From positions 1 to 55,522 of IMG/VR virus record IMGVR_UViG_3300023184_009494: a stretch of DNA of 55,522 bases, one strand, 5' to 3'. Positions 10,522-21,035 of this stretch are shown one piece after another. A program made the position numbers and the translations under genes. The DNA comes from a virus (Duplodnaviria; Caudoviricetes). Below the pieces are notes generated by a model. It did not search any database. It saw nothing but the letters and a program-made list of their open reading frames with translations, and was not told where the DNA came from. How positions within the stretch are numbered: the first letter of the stretch is position 1; each line of letters opens with the position of its first letter.

Positions 10522-11391
10522 TCAGACATAACCTCTTGAGATTGCCGATGCTTTCACTATAGGTCCAGAACCAATTACAGTGCCTAAAGCAGAAAATGCA
10601 ATTGCTTCAGCAATTACAGAAGCTAATGCTGCTGCTGCTGCAAGAGCAGTAACTGGTGGCGTATCAAAAGGCCCGTTTTTGAAAATTTCAATAATAGAAT
10701 TTATAAAAGAATAATCAATTACTGGACTGAATAGGATTGGTCCGGTAGCTATTAGTGGGTTGGGTAAAATTTGGGCGGCAATTAAAGCAAAAACACTTGA
10801 AAAAGATAATGGAATTATAGTGCCTAATTTGTTCTTTACGTCTATTGCACCAAAAGGAGAATAATTGAAATCACCAGGTAAAGACAAGTCAAATGAAGGA
10901 GAAGGTGGTTTTGGAGATACAAGTGATGTTGCAAAAGCTGTATATGAAACCCTAACAACTGTTGTATTTGGATCGGCTGGAATAATAGGTGGAACTAAGA
11001 TTGCATCTAAAACAACTGGTAAAGGTAAAGGAACAGGTAGTGGTGGTGATGGAGTTGCCCAAGGAGGTGCAGCATTTTTAAGTTGATCTGCAAGAACAGC
11101 AGGATCAAACAATGGAATAGCAAAATTAGAAGAGAAATTCAATGAATTTGCAGCAGATTCATAAAAACCATCAATCCAAAGTTTCTGAAATTCTGGGAAT
11201 TTACTCGAGTCACTTATATTAATATTTTTAGAAAAATCTCTAGTAGGCACAGAGATAACAGTAGAGCCGAATGGCAAAGGTATTGCACCGGTTAATAAAG
11301 CTAGTTTTACCCTATTGACAAAGATGCTCTTTGCAGAACTAGTAAGTTTTCCGCCTGATAAAATTCCTGCATTTTCTAATGTTCCACCCAT
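10522..11391 (-). CDS. Hypothetical Pro-rich protein with hydrophobic Ala-rich C-terminus
   Basis: Coupled to the upstream gene by a 1-nt overlap. Contains PPWATPSPPLPVPLPLP and ALAAAAALASVIAEAIAFSALG. Confidence 0.6.
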   Translation of the reverse strand: MGGTLENAGILSGGKLTSSAKSIFVNRVKLALLTGAIPLPFGSTVISVPTRDFSKNINISDSSKFPEFQKLWIDGFYESAANSLNFSSNFAIPLFDPAVLADQLKNAAPPWATPSPPLPVPLPLPVVLDAILVPPIIPADPNTTVVRVSYTAFATSLVSPKPPSPSFDLSLPGDFNYSPFGAIDVKNKLGTIIPLSFSSVFALIAAQILPNPLIATGPILFSPVIDYSFINSIIEIFKNGPFDTPPVTALAAAAALASVIAEAIAFSALGTVIGSGPIVKASAISRGYV

Positions 11392-12821
11392 TAGTCAACC
11401 AATATCTTTTTAGCCCACGTTCCTTGGCCGGCTTCACTTGTTCCGATAAATCCTCCCATTGTATCTGCTACAGGAGGTGATGAAACATTGCCATTGCTAG
11501 CAATGGCATCTTTATCTGTGCATAACAGCGCTTTGCTTGCATTTTCACTTCCTAACTTTATATAACCTTTTTTTGAAGGTTTAAAAATTATGCTTCCATC
11601 TGTTGCAACAACAATTGAAGCCCAGTCATCATGATCATCTTTTTGAGACTTAATATCTTGACCATCAGGAGATTTTTTTACATCATTTCCTGTAACAATT
11701 ATTTCCACATCTGATCTTGCAATAATTCTTATTTTATCAGTCTTAATAACAATTGCAGCATCTCCTGACTTTGAATCAGAGATATCATGACCCTTGTCTT
11801 TAAATGATTTGTTGTAATCTTCTAATCCAAAATTTAAATCAGTTTTAGTTCTCTGAGATATCAAGACTCTGCTTCTGTCTTCTTTAAGGTCTGGGTCGCC
11901 TTCAAAAGCAACGATGTCTTTATTTGATTTTCCTATTTCTTTGTGAAGCTCTTTTCCTCTTGACTCAGAATTAGAAAGCTGCATACTTGTTACGGAAACA
12001 ATTTTAGCTGATGTTTTTTCAGTTTGTCCTCTACCGACTACAAGATCTATAGAACCTGCAGACTTATTTAAATCTTTTTTATTTTTTTCAGGTTTTTGCC
12101 TATTATCAGCTTTTATATAATTTGAAACTGGACCAGTTCTATCTGTACCTAACACAATAAGTGAATTATTTGAGCCTTCTATTGATATATCTCCAGGCCT
12201 TTTTCTAAAGCGCGGAACAGCTTCATAATCTATTATTTTTGATGCGTCTGTTTCAGTAACTAGGTCTTCAAATACTTGTTCAGCTCTTTTTGAACCACTT
12301 GGATAACCTTGAGACGTATACATTCCATTAATATCTGTTTTTCTAATATTTTCAACTATAAAAGTTCTTCCATTTCTAAGTTCATACCAAGGCTCTAAGT
12401 CTTCTGATATTTTTGTTATACCTGGAAACATGGAGGTTTCATTAATTCTTGGAGCATGAGTATGATTTACATCGTCTATAAAATGTGGTTCAGTTATTTT
12501 ACAGAACCAATATGCTAAATCAGTTGTAATTGAATCTGGGTTTTCTTTTATTGCCCACACCATTTCTCCTGGTTTGCATGGAAAAGATAAATGAGAAGGA
12601 AAAAAAGGAAAAACAAACATCAAATTGCTATTATTGTCTCTCAGCTCTTTTGCTATAATTGTATTTCTTGGCAAAGATTTAGCATATTTTATGTTTGAGA
12701 TCTGTAATACATCTTTCCAGTATTCGAGCTTTTTATTGTTTTTATCATTTAATTCATTGACAATATAGTCATTTGGATCAGAAATAACGTCAAATATTAT
12801 CATTCTAATAAACTGAGACAC
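11391..12821 (-). CDS. Putative baseplate hub/spike protein (gp5/VgrG-like position)
   Basis: FPFFPSHLSFPCKPGEMVW (OB-fold-like PxxGExV), RPGDISIEGSNNSLIVLG, and beta-repeat-like AAIVIKTDKIRIIAR...YIKLGS. Upstream of gp25. Confidence 0.55.
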   Translation of the reverse strand: MSQFIRMIIFDVISDPNDYIVNELNDKNNKKLEYWKDVLQISNIKYAKSLPRNTIIAKELRDNNSNLMFVFPFFPSHLSFPCKPGEMVWAIKENPDSITTDLAYWFCKITEPHFIDDVNHTHAPRINETSMFPGITKISEDLEPWYELRNGRTFIVENIRKTDINGMYTSQGYPSGSKRAEQVFEDLVTETDASKIIDYEAVPRFRKRPGDISIEGSNNSLIVLGTDRTGPVSNYIKADNRQKPEKNKKDLNKSAGSIDLVVGRGQTEKTSAKIVSVTSMQLSNSESRGKELHKEIGKSNKDIVAFEGDPDLKEDRSRVLISQRTKTDLNFGLEDYNKSFKDKGHDISDSKSGDAAIVIKTDKIRIIARSDVEIIVTGNDVKKSPDGQDIKSQKDDHDDWASIVVATDGSIIFKPSKKGYIKLGSENASKALLCTDKDAIASNGNVSSPPVADTMGGFIGTSEAGQGTWAKKILVD

Positions 12822-12823
12822 GA

Positions 12824-13180
12824 TTATCGCTCTCCAATCTTTCGAAACATTTCTTCGGGGTCAATCTCAGCATCTTTTGATTCTGATTTTGCTATTAATT
12901 CGGCAAGGCGAATAAGCTGATCATTTGCTTTGCTCATTCTTTCAATATATGTTGACAAAGCTTTTCCATGTACAGCATGTTCTGTGCTTTTATCTTCTAC
13001 AATTTCAACAAGAGTAGTAAAGAGAACATATGCATTCTGCCTATCAACTACTGCATTTTCATAAATTTCTTTCCATAGTCTCTTTTTTTTATCAGAGACG
13101 CCATCAATTTGTGATAGCAGTTCAGAAAAATCTTTAATTTTCTGTTCTATTAGTATGTCAGCTTCTTGAGTTGATGCCAT
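12824..13180 (-). CDS. Hypothetical alpha-helical protein, 118 aa
   Basis: Clean ORF with tight spacing between the sigma-like and baseplate genes. Confidence 0.65.
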   Translation of the reverse strand: MASTQEADILIEQKIKDFSELLSQIDGVSDKKKRLWKEIYENAVVDRQNAYVLFTTLVEIVEDKSTEHAVHGKALSTYIERMSKANDQLIRLAELIAKSESKDAEIDPEEMFRKIGER

Positions 13181-13191
13181 GTGAACAAATA

Positions 13192-14088
13192 TCAGGATTT
13201 TTTAACATCAATCTTAATTTTTTTATAATGACGCTTTATTGATTGCATCGTTGTGGTCAGTTGTTTTGGGCTTAATCCGGATAATTCTCTCATATACAGA
13301 AGTATTGCACCCTTGTTTAGAAGATCAACTTCATCAATATTTTCAAATATTGTAATAATTGAGTTTATGCAAGTTAGTTCATTTTCCGTCTTTATCTTTG
13401 TTCTAATGTCATAAAGCAAGTTTAGCGTTGTTTCAACAGATGATGTTGCATCAAGAATATCGTCTTGAGACGGAATAGATCCATAGTCTTCAACTATCAT
13501 ATTTTCGTATGATGTAAGACCTGCAGGGTCATCAATGCTGACATTTCTTTTTAGCTTTTGAGCCTTTTGCTTTGTTCTGATAATTAGCCAATTCTTTGCT
13601 ACAACATTAAAATATGAAAAAGCATTTGTACCTCTGCCTGAGTCAAACTTGTGTATTGTTTCAAAGAGAAAATTGACACAATCAATTTTTAGATCATCAT
13701 ATGAATCATGTATACCTGTAAATTTATGTATATTAATTAGATTTTCAACTAATTTTTCAAATGCTGGAAGTATGTCATTCACATAAATTCCATCTCTGAT
13801 TTTTTTTATAGTTTCTTTTTGAAACGAGACAATTGCATCTTGAGTTCCAGCATGGAAATATAATTTTATATTAGACTTTAAGTGTTTTGCTTCGGCATCT
13901 TGTTCAGGAGTAATTTTTTCAGCTTCAGCTGGTATTTCAATTTCATCTTTAGCTACTTCGGTCTTTACTTTAATTTCGGCAACAACAGGAGTTTCTTCCT
14001 TTTTTTGAACATCAACAATCTTAGTTCTTGTTCTTTTTAGCTTCTTTGGAGCAGTTGTGTTTTTCGGCTCTATGCTTGTATTGGTCAT
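13192..14088 (-). CDS. Phage late-transcription sigma factor (T4 gp55-like, sigma region 2)
   Basis: YDDLKIDCVNFLFETIHKFDSGRGTNAFSYFNVVAKN matches the sigma region-2 pattern (KFDxxRG..AFSYF). K/E-rich N-terminal extension. Confidence 0.72.
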   Translation of the reverse strand: MTNTSIEPKNTTAPKKLKRTRTKIVDVQKKEETPVVAEIKVKTEVAKDEIEIPAEAEKITPEQDAEAKHLKSNIKLYFHAGTQDAIVSFQKETIKKIRDGIYVNDILPAFEKLVENLINIHKFTGIHDSYDDLKIDCVNFLFETIHKFDSGRGTNAFSYFNVVAKNWLIIRTKQKAQKLKRNVSIDDPAGLTSYENMIVEDYGSIPSQDDILDATSSVETTLNLLYDIRTKIKTENELTCINSIITIFENIDEVDLLNKGAILLYMRELSGLSPKQLTTTMQSIKRHYKKIKIDVKKS

Positions 14089-14390
14089 TTGTTGTCTTCT
14101 TTAACATCTAAGGAACCATAGAGCTTATTTGCAATTATAAGCACAGCATCTCGGCAACCAGAAATATCATTTAATAAATTTTTCACGACAGGATCGTCAA
14201 ACATTACATCAGTTTTTGAAGCAATGTCTATTTTTTGATGATATTCATCCAAAATATCAAGAGATTCTTCAATTTGAATTCCCATCTCTTCTAGTTTATT
14301 AAGCATATCAATGTTTCTTATAACGCTGACAGCAAGAAAAGCTGAAAGAACAACAATTATAATCATTAGAAATATAACAATAAAAATCAT
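14085..14390 (-). CDS. Hypothetical membrane-anchored protein
   Basis: N-terminal hydrophobic helix MIFIVIFLMIIIVVLSAFLAVSVI. ATGA overlaps at both ends. Confidence 0.65.
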   Translation of the reverse strand: MIFIVIFLMIIIVVLSAFLAVSVIRNIDMLNKLEEMGIQIEESLDILDEYHQKIDIASKTDVMFDDPVVKNLLNDISGCRDAVLIIANKLYGSLDVKEDNK

Positions 14391-15556
14391 GTAATAAGCT
14401 TTCCTAGAACTTCATCATAAGATTTTGAAATTTCATTAAAAGAATATTTTTGACTTATTTTTTCCTTAAGCTCTTTTGCCCACTTCACTGGAATTTCATT
14501 TGAATTTCTAAATTTGACAACTTTCTTCTTAAAGTCTTCTTCTATGGGATTTGCCCATTTTGATTCTGTCATGAAGATCTTGTTGTCTACTCTTGAAGCA
14601 TGAATTTTTTCAAGCTTGTAGTCAATATCAATAAATTTTCCATGAGATAGAAAATCCAAATGTCCCGACCAATTAGTTGCAATAACTGGTAGACCAGAAG
14701 CAGCAGCTTCTAGGGTTGGTAAACCATAACCTTCGCCTCGAGTTAAGCTAATCAATGCTTTAATTTGAGGATGCTTATATAGAGAGGCGACCTCTGAATC
14801 ATTCATATCGCCATGAAGAAGATGAATTTTTGGAAGAGAACTTTTTCTTACTTCTTTCAATAGTGTACTTAGCATTTGAGTAACAAGTTTTCTGTCAATT
14901 TTTGTGTTTCTGCCCATATTAGTCTTTATAATAAGACCAACATCAGAATCATGTGCAAAAGTCTCACAGAACCACTTTATTGAATAAAAAATATTCTTTC
15001 TGTCATTTTCAGGGTTGTTTCCAGTTACTTGTCCGAAAAGAAGAAAGTTAAAAGGTGTAGAAAATTGAAGTTCATCGACTCTTGTTTTTTTTGTCTCTGA
15101 TATAGCATGTGAAAAAGACTCAGGTATTAAAAACATTGGAACGGTTACATTGCCCGTATTTTTAAAACTATTCTCAGTATGCTTTGAAGGAACAATTACT
15201 GCAGTCATTGAATTGCAACAATTTATCCATTCTGGATTGCACTTGTCTGTTTCAACACCAGCTGTAATTCCAACATTAACTTTAGCGAGCTTTGTATCCC
15301 ATTCATTTGGAAGTTGAAGCTGAATAGATGCATCATAAACATCACCAGATGGGTCCACGGTTTTTTCCATAATTTGTCCGATAAAACCACCATCTAAATT
15401 TTTATCAATTAACCATGGTGTATCTCCCCAAGGGAGAGCCTGGAAGTATGGGTCGATATCTGATCTTGAAAGCATCCATTTTGCAACTTGACGAGTATGA
15501 ACACCGTATCCACTCATTGTTAGAGATGGTCCTCTAAGAAGAACTCTTTTTTTCAT
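14387..15556 (-). CDS. Glycosyltransferase, GT4 (GT-B fold)
   Basis: SGYGVHTR at the N-terminus and the E-x7-E motif EGYGLPTLEAAASGLPVIATNWSG. Confidence 0.9.
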   Translation of the reverse strand: MKKRVLLRGPSLTMSGYGVHTRQVAKWMLSRSDIDPYFQALPWGDTPWLIDKNLDGGFIGQIMEKTVDPSGDVYDASIQLQLPNEWDTKLAKVNVGITAGVETDKCNPEWINCCNSMTAVIVPSKHTENSFKNTGNVTVPMFLIPESFSHAISETKKTRVDELQFSTPFNFLLFGQVTGNNPENDRKNIFYSIKWFCETFAHDSDVGLIIKTNMGRNTKIDRKLVTQMLSTLLKEVRKSSLPKIHLLHGDMNDSEVASLYKHPQIKALISLTRGEGYGLPTLEAAASGLPVIATNWSGHLDFLSHGKFIDIDYKLEKIHASRVDNKIFMTESKWANPIEEDFKKKVVKFRNSNEIPVKWAKELKEKISQKYSFNEISKSYDEVLGKLIT

Positions 15557-16824
15557 AGTTCAGTCACTTTCCATGAGTCTCTGTCAAAATTTTCATCTTT
15601 CCAGTTATTCATTGTAGAGGTAAGAGTTTCATCCCAAAGTGAAACAACTTTATTCATATCATATTCTCTTTTCGCGTGCTCAGCTGCTCGAAGACCAATC
15701 TCTTCTCTTTTTTCAGGACCCATGTCGTACATCTTCATAAATGCATCAGCTAGACTTCTATGAGATACAAAATCTTCCCAAATAAAAGGAACCATTTGAT
15801 TTCCAACTAAAGATCTAACATCTGGATCAAGAGCGACACCGTAATGTTCACCAGTTACATGGTCTTCAACTTGACGAGTTAGTCCACCAGTCTTAATTGA
15901 AATAACTGGCTTTCCGCACATTTTTGCTTCAAGAATTGGTAATCCGAAACCTTCATTGGCACTTCTATTGACAATTGTATCACATACATTGTATAGAAAT
16001 TTCATTTCATTGAAACCAATTCGATCCTTTGAAAATACAACACTATCCTTTATTCCAAGAACATCAATGACGCTGTATAAGTTTGTTCCTTCTTGATCAA
16101 GTGGATCTGCATGCATAACAAAAGTTGCTTTTTGATGTCCGTGTTTCTTTTGTAGGTCTTCTAAAAACATCTTCCAAGAAACAAGAATATCACTTGGCAT
16201 CTTTCGACGGGCATTCCTGGAAACATAAAGTGCTGTAAAATGATCTGCTCGATGTTGCCCAAGAAGCGATGCTTTAAATTTTGCAGCCTCTTGCTTTGGA
16301 AGAGGGCTATAAAGCTCTGATGGTACAGCATGTGGAATATAATGCGTTTTATTAGGAAATCTTTCCTTTATCATTTCATATGTTGGATAATTGATACAAT
16401 TTATGAGATCTGTAGATTCATAAAGCGGTCTATTAAATTCTGGATATGGAGGGTTGTCCCACAAATGCCAATAAGCAATTGGACAAATTTGATGAATCTC
16501 ATCTTCCATTTCCCAAGCCCAGAGAAAGAATCTCGGGTCTGTAAATAGCATCAGAGCATCAGGTCGAAGTTGCGCCAATGTTTTTCTAAGAAGATTTTTG
16601 TCTCCAAAACCATTGGTAGGCTTGATTACAAAATCAGGATTTACTGCGACGGTTTCATAACTATCATGGCGAACTGCTCCGCCAAAACATTTAAAAGAAT
16701 ACTTTCCAGTGTTTATAAGGCCGTTTATTAGCCACCGCGCCTGGGTTCCTACGCCGCTCGTCGAAAGAGGGTGATCTGAAAGTAATAAAATTGTCTTTTT
16801 GCTCATTGAGCCTATATTACGCAA
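15553..16824 (-). CDS. Glycosyltransferase, GT4 (likely start ATG at 16806, MSKKT)
   Basis: SGVGTQ, RNARRK and EGFGLPILEAKMCGKPVI. Confidence 0.9.
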   Translation of the reverse strand: MRNIGSMSKKTILLLSDHPLSTSGVGTQARWLINGLINTGKYSFKCFGGAVRHDSYETVAVNPDFVIKPTNGFGDKNLLRKTLAQLRPDALMLFTDPRFFLWAWEMEDEIHQICPIAYWHLWDNPPYPEFNRPLYESTDLINCINYPTYEMIKERFPNKTHYIPHAVPSELYSPLPKQEAAKFKASLLGQHRADHFTALYVSRNARRKMPSDILVSWKMFLEDLQKKHGHQKATFVMHADPLDQEGTNLYSVIDVLGIKDSVVFSKDRIGFNEMKFLYNVCDTIVNRSANEGFGLPILEAKMCGKPVISIKTGGLTRQVEDHVTGEHYGVALDPDVRSLVGNQMVPFIWEDFVSHRSLADAFMKMYDMGPEKREEIGLRAAEHAKREYDMNKVVSLWDETLTSTMNNWKDENFDRDSWKVTEL

Positions 16825-16863
16825 ATTACAAATATTGTAATAAAAATAAGAAAAAGTTGTATT

Positions 16864-17703
16864 CTATGTGCAATTCTCTGTATTTTTATATTCACACCAT
16901 AGACATGAATCTCTATTCTTGATTGCAATACCTTTTTTTACAGCAGATATCATGTTATTCACAATTTTAAGTGATCTATTAATAGGAACTTCCCCTAAAG
17001 ATACGGGTATTAGTTCACAATGTTGCCCAGGCTTTGCCATTTTTTTCAAGATAACAAAACCGCATCGAACATCTTTAAAAGGAATTTGTTGATTCTTTTG
17101 ATGCCAATAGTTCTTATAAAGTGCAAGCTGTGCAGCCATCATTGGATCTGATCTTTTATCTCTAAACCAGCCGCGAGCTGAAGTTTTCCAGTCAATTATC
17201 CAATAAACCGTTTCTCCGCGCTTTCCTTTTGACTTGATTACTCCGTCAATAAATCCTTTAAATGCGTGTGGATGACCAACAATAGGTTCATAAAGCTGAT
17301 GTTCAGCGTCAATTGCTTGCCATTCTGGGAATGAATCATCTAAAAATTGCGGAACTTCTGCAAGAATAAGAGCAGCATCAGATTTGCATTTATCAAGAAC
17401 ATCTTGAGTAAAGTCACTTTTTCCTTCATGCTTCTTCCATGCAGCATCAAGTTCATCAAATGCAATTTGTGGAATCATTTCTCTTTTTAGAAGATAATTT
17501 TCACATGCAGAGTGAACTGCAGTACCAAATTCTAGAACAGGAGAAGGCTTTGAAAAATCAAGCTTCTTGACATGAAAAAGATTATGCCTGTATGAACACT
17601 CTTTCCATAGCTTCACTTCTGAGAATGAAACATGTGGTTTTCCAGTAGGTAGCTTTTCAAATTTTTCATTTTCTTGCATTACAATTATAACCATATAATG
17701 CAT
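16864..17703 (-). CDS. Cas4/RecB-like PD-(D/E)XK exonuclease with Fe-S cysteines
   Basis: HVSFSEV..WKEC, FGTAVH, FKGFIDGV, IIDWKT, QLALY and C-terminal CLWCEYKNTENC. Confidence 0.85.
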   Translation of the reverse strand: MHYMVIIVMQENEKFEKLPTGKPHVSFSEVKLWKECSYRHNLFHVKKLDFSKPSPVLEFGTAVHSACENYLLKREMIPQIAFDELDAAWKKHEGKSDFTQDVLDKCKSDAALILAEVPQFLDDSFPEWQAIDAEHQLYEPIVGHPHAFKGFIDGVIKSKGKRGETVYWIIDWKTSARGWFRDKRSDPMMAAQLALYKNYWHQKNQQIPFKDVRCGFVILKKMAKPGQHCELIPVSLGEVPINRSLKIVNNMISAVKKGIAIKNRDSCLWCEYKNTENCT

Positions 17704-17715
17704 ATACCAATTAGT

Positions 17716-18648
17716 TCATTCTCTTGTTCTTTTAGAAACTGCTCTACCCAGCTGATGTTCCCAGTCTCTATCCTTGCGAACCTCTAGATTTTTTTCCCAA
17801 GATGCCCTTAGAACCTTGGAGTCAACTCCGCTTTTAGCGGCAACATCAATCATTGCATTCACATCTTTTGGGAAACAATGTCCCCCGAATCCTCTGTACC
17901 CGTCCGGCCCGGGTACTGCCCAGTGACTCTCTCCTAAGCGTCTGTCATATTTCGCATATTCGACAACCTTGTCATAGTCCACATTAAGTCCGGATTTATC
18001 TAGGGCCTCGCAGATCTGCGCCATCTCGTTAGCGAATGCGACCTTGACGGTGAGAAAGTTGTTGGTGAGATACTTCACCATCTCGGCGGTGGTGGATGAA
18101 GTCTTCACAATGGGTACCTTTGGGAAAGCAGTGCCAAAAACTTGCTTAACAACATTAATCCATGGGCGAGGACCACCAAGGATGATGCGGTTCTGGTTTC
18201 TCATGTCGTCAAGAGCGTTTGCCTCCGTGAGGAACTCTGGATTGAACACCACGTGGAGGCCACTTCCTTCGTACTTCTTGTTCCATCTTTCAGTCGAACC
18301 TGGAGGGACTGTTGACTTAACAACAGCAATTCTTTCACCTGGTATCTCCGCAAGCTCATCAAGAACTCCCTCCACAATAGAGAGATCTGCTGAACCGTCT
18401 TCGAACATGGGCGTAGGAAGGCATACAAAGTAGACTCCCGTGAATTTTTCTTCCTTGTTTTCTGATACTCTCTCAGCGTGGTCGACCATACTTTTGAGGG
18501 TCCATGTATTGGAAAGAGAATGAGCTCCCTTAGCTGTCTTATCAGCTTTGTCGTATGCGTATACGGCAAAGCCGTGTTCAGAAAAAACTGTGGTAAGAGA
18601 ACCGCCTACAAAACCTTGACCCACGACTGCTATTGATTTATTGTTCAT
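17716..18648 (-). CDS. ugd: UDP-glucose/GDP-mannose 6-dehydrogenase family, short form
   Basis: [36 protein letters not shown] and catalytic [10 protein letters not shown]. Confidence 0.9.
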   Translation of the reverse strand: MNNKSIAVVGQGFVGGSLTTVFSEHGFAVYAYDKADKTAKGAHSLSNTWTLKSMVDHAERVSENKEEKFTGVYFVCLPTPMFEDGSADLSIVEGVLDELAEIPGERIAVVKSTVPPGSTERWNKKYEGSGLHVVFNPEFLTEANALDDMRNQNRIILGGPRPWINVVKQVFGTAFPKVPIVKTSSTTAEMVKYLTNNFLTVKVAFANEMAQICEALDKSGLNVDYDKVVEYAKYDRRLGESHWAVPGPDGYRGFGGHCFPKDVNAMIDVAAKSGVDSKVLRASWEKNLEVRKDRDWEHQLGRAVSKRTRE

Positions 18649-19610
18649 AATAATTCTCTTTTTAAATCTTCTTCATACATCATTTTAACCAATTCCTCAA
18701 AAGAGTGCCTTGGTTTCCAATTCAGGATTCGATGAGCCTTTGATGCATCACCTTTGAGGTGCGGAACTTCATGTGGTCTGAATAAACGAGGATCCACCTC
18801 CAGATATTCTCTATAATCTAGACCGGTCATCTTGAAGACCAATTTTGCAAATTCTTTGACGGTGTGGCACTCACCAGTCGCAATGACATAATCATCAGGC
18901 GTAGATTGTTGCAACATCAACCACATGGCCTCCACATAGTCACCTGCAAATCCCCAGTCCCTAACAGCATCCAGATTACCAAGCTGAAGAGACTGTTGTT
19001 TCCCTAATTTGATGCGGGCCACTGCCCTTGTAATTTTTCTGGTGACGAATGTCTCTCCTCTGCGTGGTGACTCATGATTGAAAAGAATACCTGCGGAAGC
19101 ATGCATTCCGTAGCCAATCCTATAATTTCTAACAAGATTATGTGAGAACAATTTGGCAGCAGCGTATGGCGATGCAGGCGTCATTCTTGTGTCTTCATTC
19201 TTCAATTCATCGGTATTGTCACCGTACATTTCTGACGAGGAAGCCTGATAGAATCTGACTGAAGGTACAGTATTTCTGCAAGCCTCAAGCAACCTCATCG
19301 TTCCCATGGCGACTGAATCAACTGTCTCTTCAGGAACATCAAATGATGTGCGAACGTGTGATTGGGCAGCTAAGTTATAGACTTCATCAGGCTTAAATTC
19401 CTGAAGTATCCTATACATGGATCCCACATCATTCAAATTACCATAGACAAGCTTGAAATGTGGGTTGTTGTACAGGTGATCAATATTGGAAGTGTTTATG
19501 ACTGAAGTTCTTCTTTTGATGCCTATTACAAAATAGTTTTTTTGAAGAAGCAGTTCAGCTAGATAAGACCCATCTTGTCCTGTGACACCTGTTATAAGAG
19601 CTGTTTTCAT
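18645..19610 (-). CDS. gmd: GDP-mannose 4,6-dehydratase
   Basis: [77 protein letters not shown]. Confidence 0.97.
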   Translation of the reverse strand: MKTALITGVTGQDGSYLAELLLQKNYFVIGIKRRTSVINTSNIDHLYNNPHFKLVYGNLNDVGSMYRILQEFKPDEVYNLAAQSHVRTSFDVPEETVDSVAMGTMRLLEACRNTVPSVRFYQASSSEMYGDNTDELKNEDTRMTPASPYAAAKLFSHNLVRNYRIGYGMHASAGILFNHESPRRGETFVTRKITRAVARIKLGKQQSLQLGNLDAVRDWGFAGDYVEAMWLMLQQSTPDDYVIATGECHTVKEFAKLVFKMTGLDYREYLEVDPRLFRPHEVPHLKGDASKAHRILNWKPRHSFEELVKMMYEEDLKRELL

Positions 19611-20725
19611 TTTTTGTCAGACACCATTTTTGAATACTTCTTGATGACATTAATTACTTTTTTTCTATCTTTTTTTGATAGATCTGGAAAACTTGGCAAG
19701 ATAACAATTTCTTGATTTAAAATTTTTGCATTTGCATTATTAATAATTTGAATCTTACCTGAATCAATGTATTCTTCCAGATAAGGTTGTTGTGATGCAG
19801 TGTAAAACATTGGACGTGTCTCAACGCCATTCATAGAAAAAAATTTCTGAGTTTGGGTATATGATGATCCTTTAATGCGAATACCAAACATCCAATTTGA
19901 ATGTATACAATTCTTTTCAGTTTCCTGAAAATAAATATTTTCAATATCTTTTAGTGCACTCTTATAAAAGTCAAAAAGCTCTTTCTTCTTTTCTAATATT
20001 TCTTCATAAACTTCTAATTGGCTGAATAGCAGCGCAGCTGCCAAATTGGTCATTCTATAGTTGTATCCTAAATGTGAATGAACAAATTTTGTTGAAGATT
20101 GTCCTTGTCCGTGTATTGTTTGCGCTAAATGATATGAATCATCGTCATTTGTAATGACGGCTCCGCCTTCTCCACACGTAACATTCTTATTTGAAAAGAA
20201 AGAAATAGAAGAAGCGAGGCATTCAGTGCCAGTCATTTTTTCTTCTTCATATTTTCCTAAAAATCCTTCACAGTTATCTTCTACAATAAGAAAATTTTTC
20301 TCTTTTAATAAGAATGGATTGCCAATGTTGTGAACAACTAAAACGGCTGTGGTATCTGGATTTTCTTTTTTGAGAACTTCTTCTAAAGCAATTCTGTCAT
20401 AATTCCAAGTTTTTAAATTAGAATCGACAAATTGAATTTTTAAATCGCTGTCAAAGAGAAAAGAATTCCAGGCTGCAACATACACGCCATCTGGGCAGAT
20501 GATTTTTTCAATTGACTTCTTGTTCTTTAGAATCTTGGAAAGAAGATGTGTTGCGGTCGTGCCGTTGTTTGTAAGAAGCACATGTTTGGCACATAGTATG
20601 TCTTTCAGTTTTTCTTTCGATGCATCGTAGTAGTATCCGCCAGATGAATACCAATTCGATTTAACAACATTGTTGAGGTATTTTTTTGTGTTTGGAGCAA
20701 CATATGGTGAATAAATTGGAATCAT
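19607..20725 (-). CDS. DegT/DnrJ/EryC1/StrS PLP aminotransferase (GDP-perosamine synthase-like)
   Basis: [31 protein letters not shown] (PLP lysine), [27 protein letters not shown]. Adjacent to gmd. Confidence 0.9.
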   Translation of the reverse strand: MIPIYSPYVAPNTKKYLNNVVKSNWYSSGGYYYDASKEKLKDILCAKHVLLTNNGTTATHLLSKILKNKKSIEKIICPDGVYVAAWNSFLFDSDLKIQFVDSNLKTWNYDRIALEEVLKKENPDTTAVLVVHNIGNPFLLKEKNFLIVEDNCEGFLGKYEEEKMTGTECLASSISFFSNKNVTCGEGGAVITNDDDSYHLAQTIHGQGQSSTKFVHSHLGYNYRMTNLAAALLFSQLEVYEEILEKKKELFDFYKSALKDIENIYFQETEKNCIHSNWMFGIRIKGSSYTQTQKFFSMNGVETRPMFYTASQQPYLEEYIDSGKIQIINNANAKILNQEIVILPSFPDLSKKDRKKVINVIKKYSKMVSDKK

Positions 20726-20726
20726 T

Positions 20727-21035
20727 TTAATAAGTTTTATGTGATCTTTGAAGAAATTTACCGTTATCTAGGTTTTCACCTTGAGATGAAACTTCGATCA
20801 TTTCTATGATTTTTTGATCAACTTCATTGATTAATTGATTTCTTTGAATATTTAGATCACAAGCTTTTTTTAGCTTGTCCCATAATATTTCCGCTCCTTT
20901 TTCTTCGTTGAAATATTTTTCTTTGTATTCATTAAATGACATTCTTCTAATTTCATAGATTAACTCTTGGTTGTTCCACATTTTCATGTCAACAGTTATA
21001 AGTTTGTCTATAAGTGTGCCCAATGTATCAGACAT
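20727..21035 (-). CDS. Small helical protein (DUF4254-like) often found in glycan loci
   Basis: TLGTLIDKL and DLNIQRNQLINEVD. Confidence 0.55.
   Translation of the reverse strand: MSDTLGTLIDKLITVDMKMWNNQELIYEIRRMSFNEYKEKYFNEEKGAEILWDKLKKACDLNIQRNQLINEVDQKIIEMIEVSSQGENLDNGKFLQRSHKTY

Noticed and set aside
10628-10642. GCT trinucleotide run as a phase-variable microsatellite
   Set aside because: Short, in frame, and simply encodes the poly-Ala stretch.
8090-12821. Type VI secretion system or extracellular contractile injection system
   Set aside because: No membrane complex, ClpV or eCIS ATPase. Accompanied by phage replication and transcription genes.
16864-17703. CRISPR-Cas system suggested by the Cas4-like gene
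   Set aside because: No repeat-spacer array and no other cas genes visible in the window.
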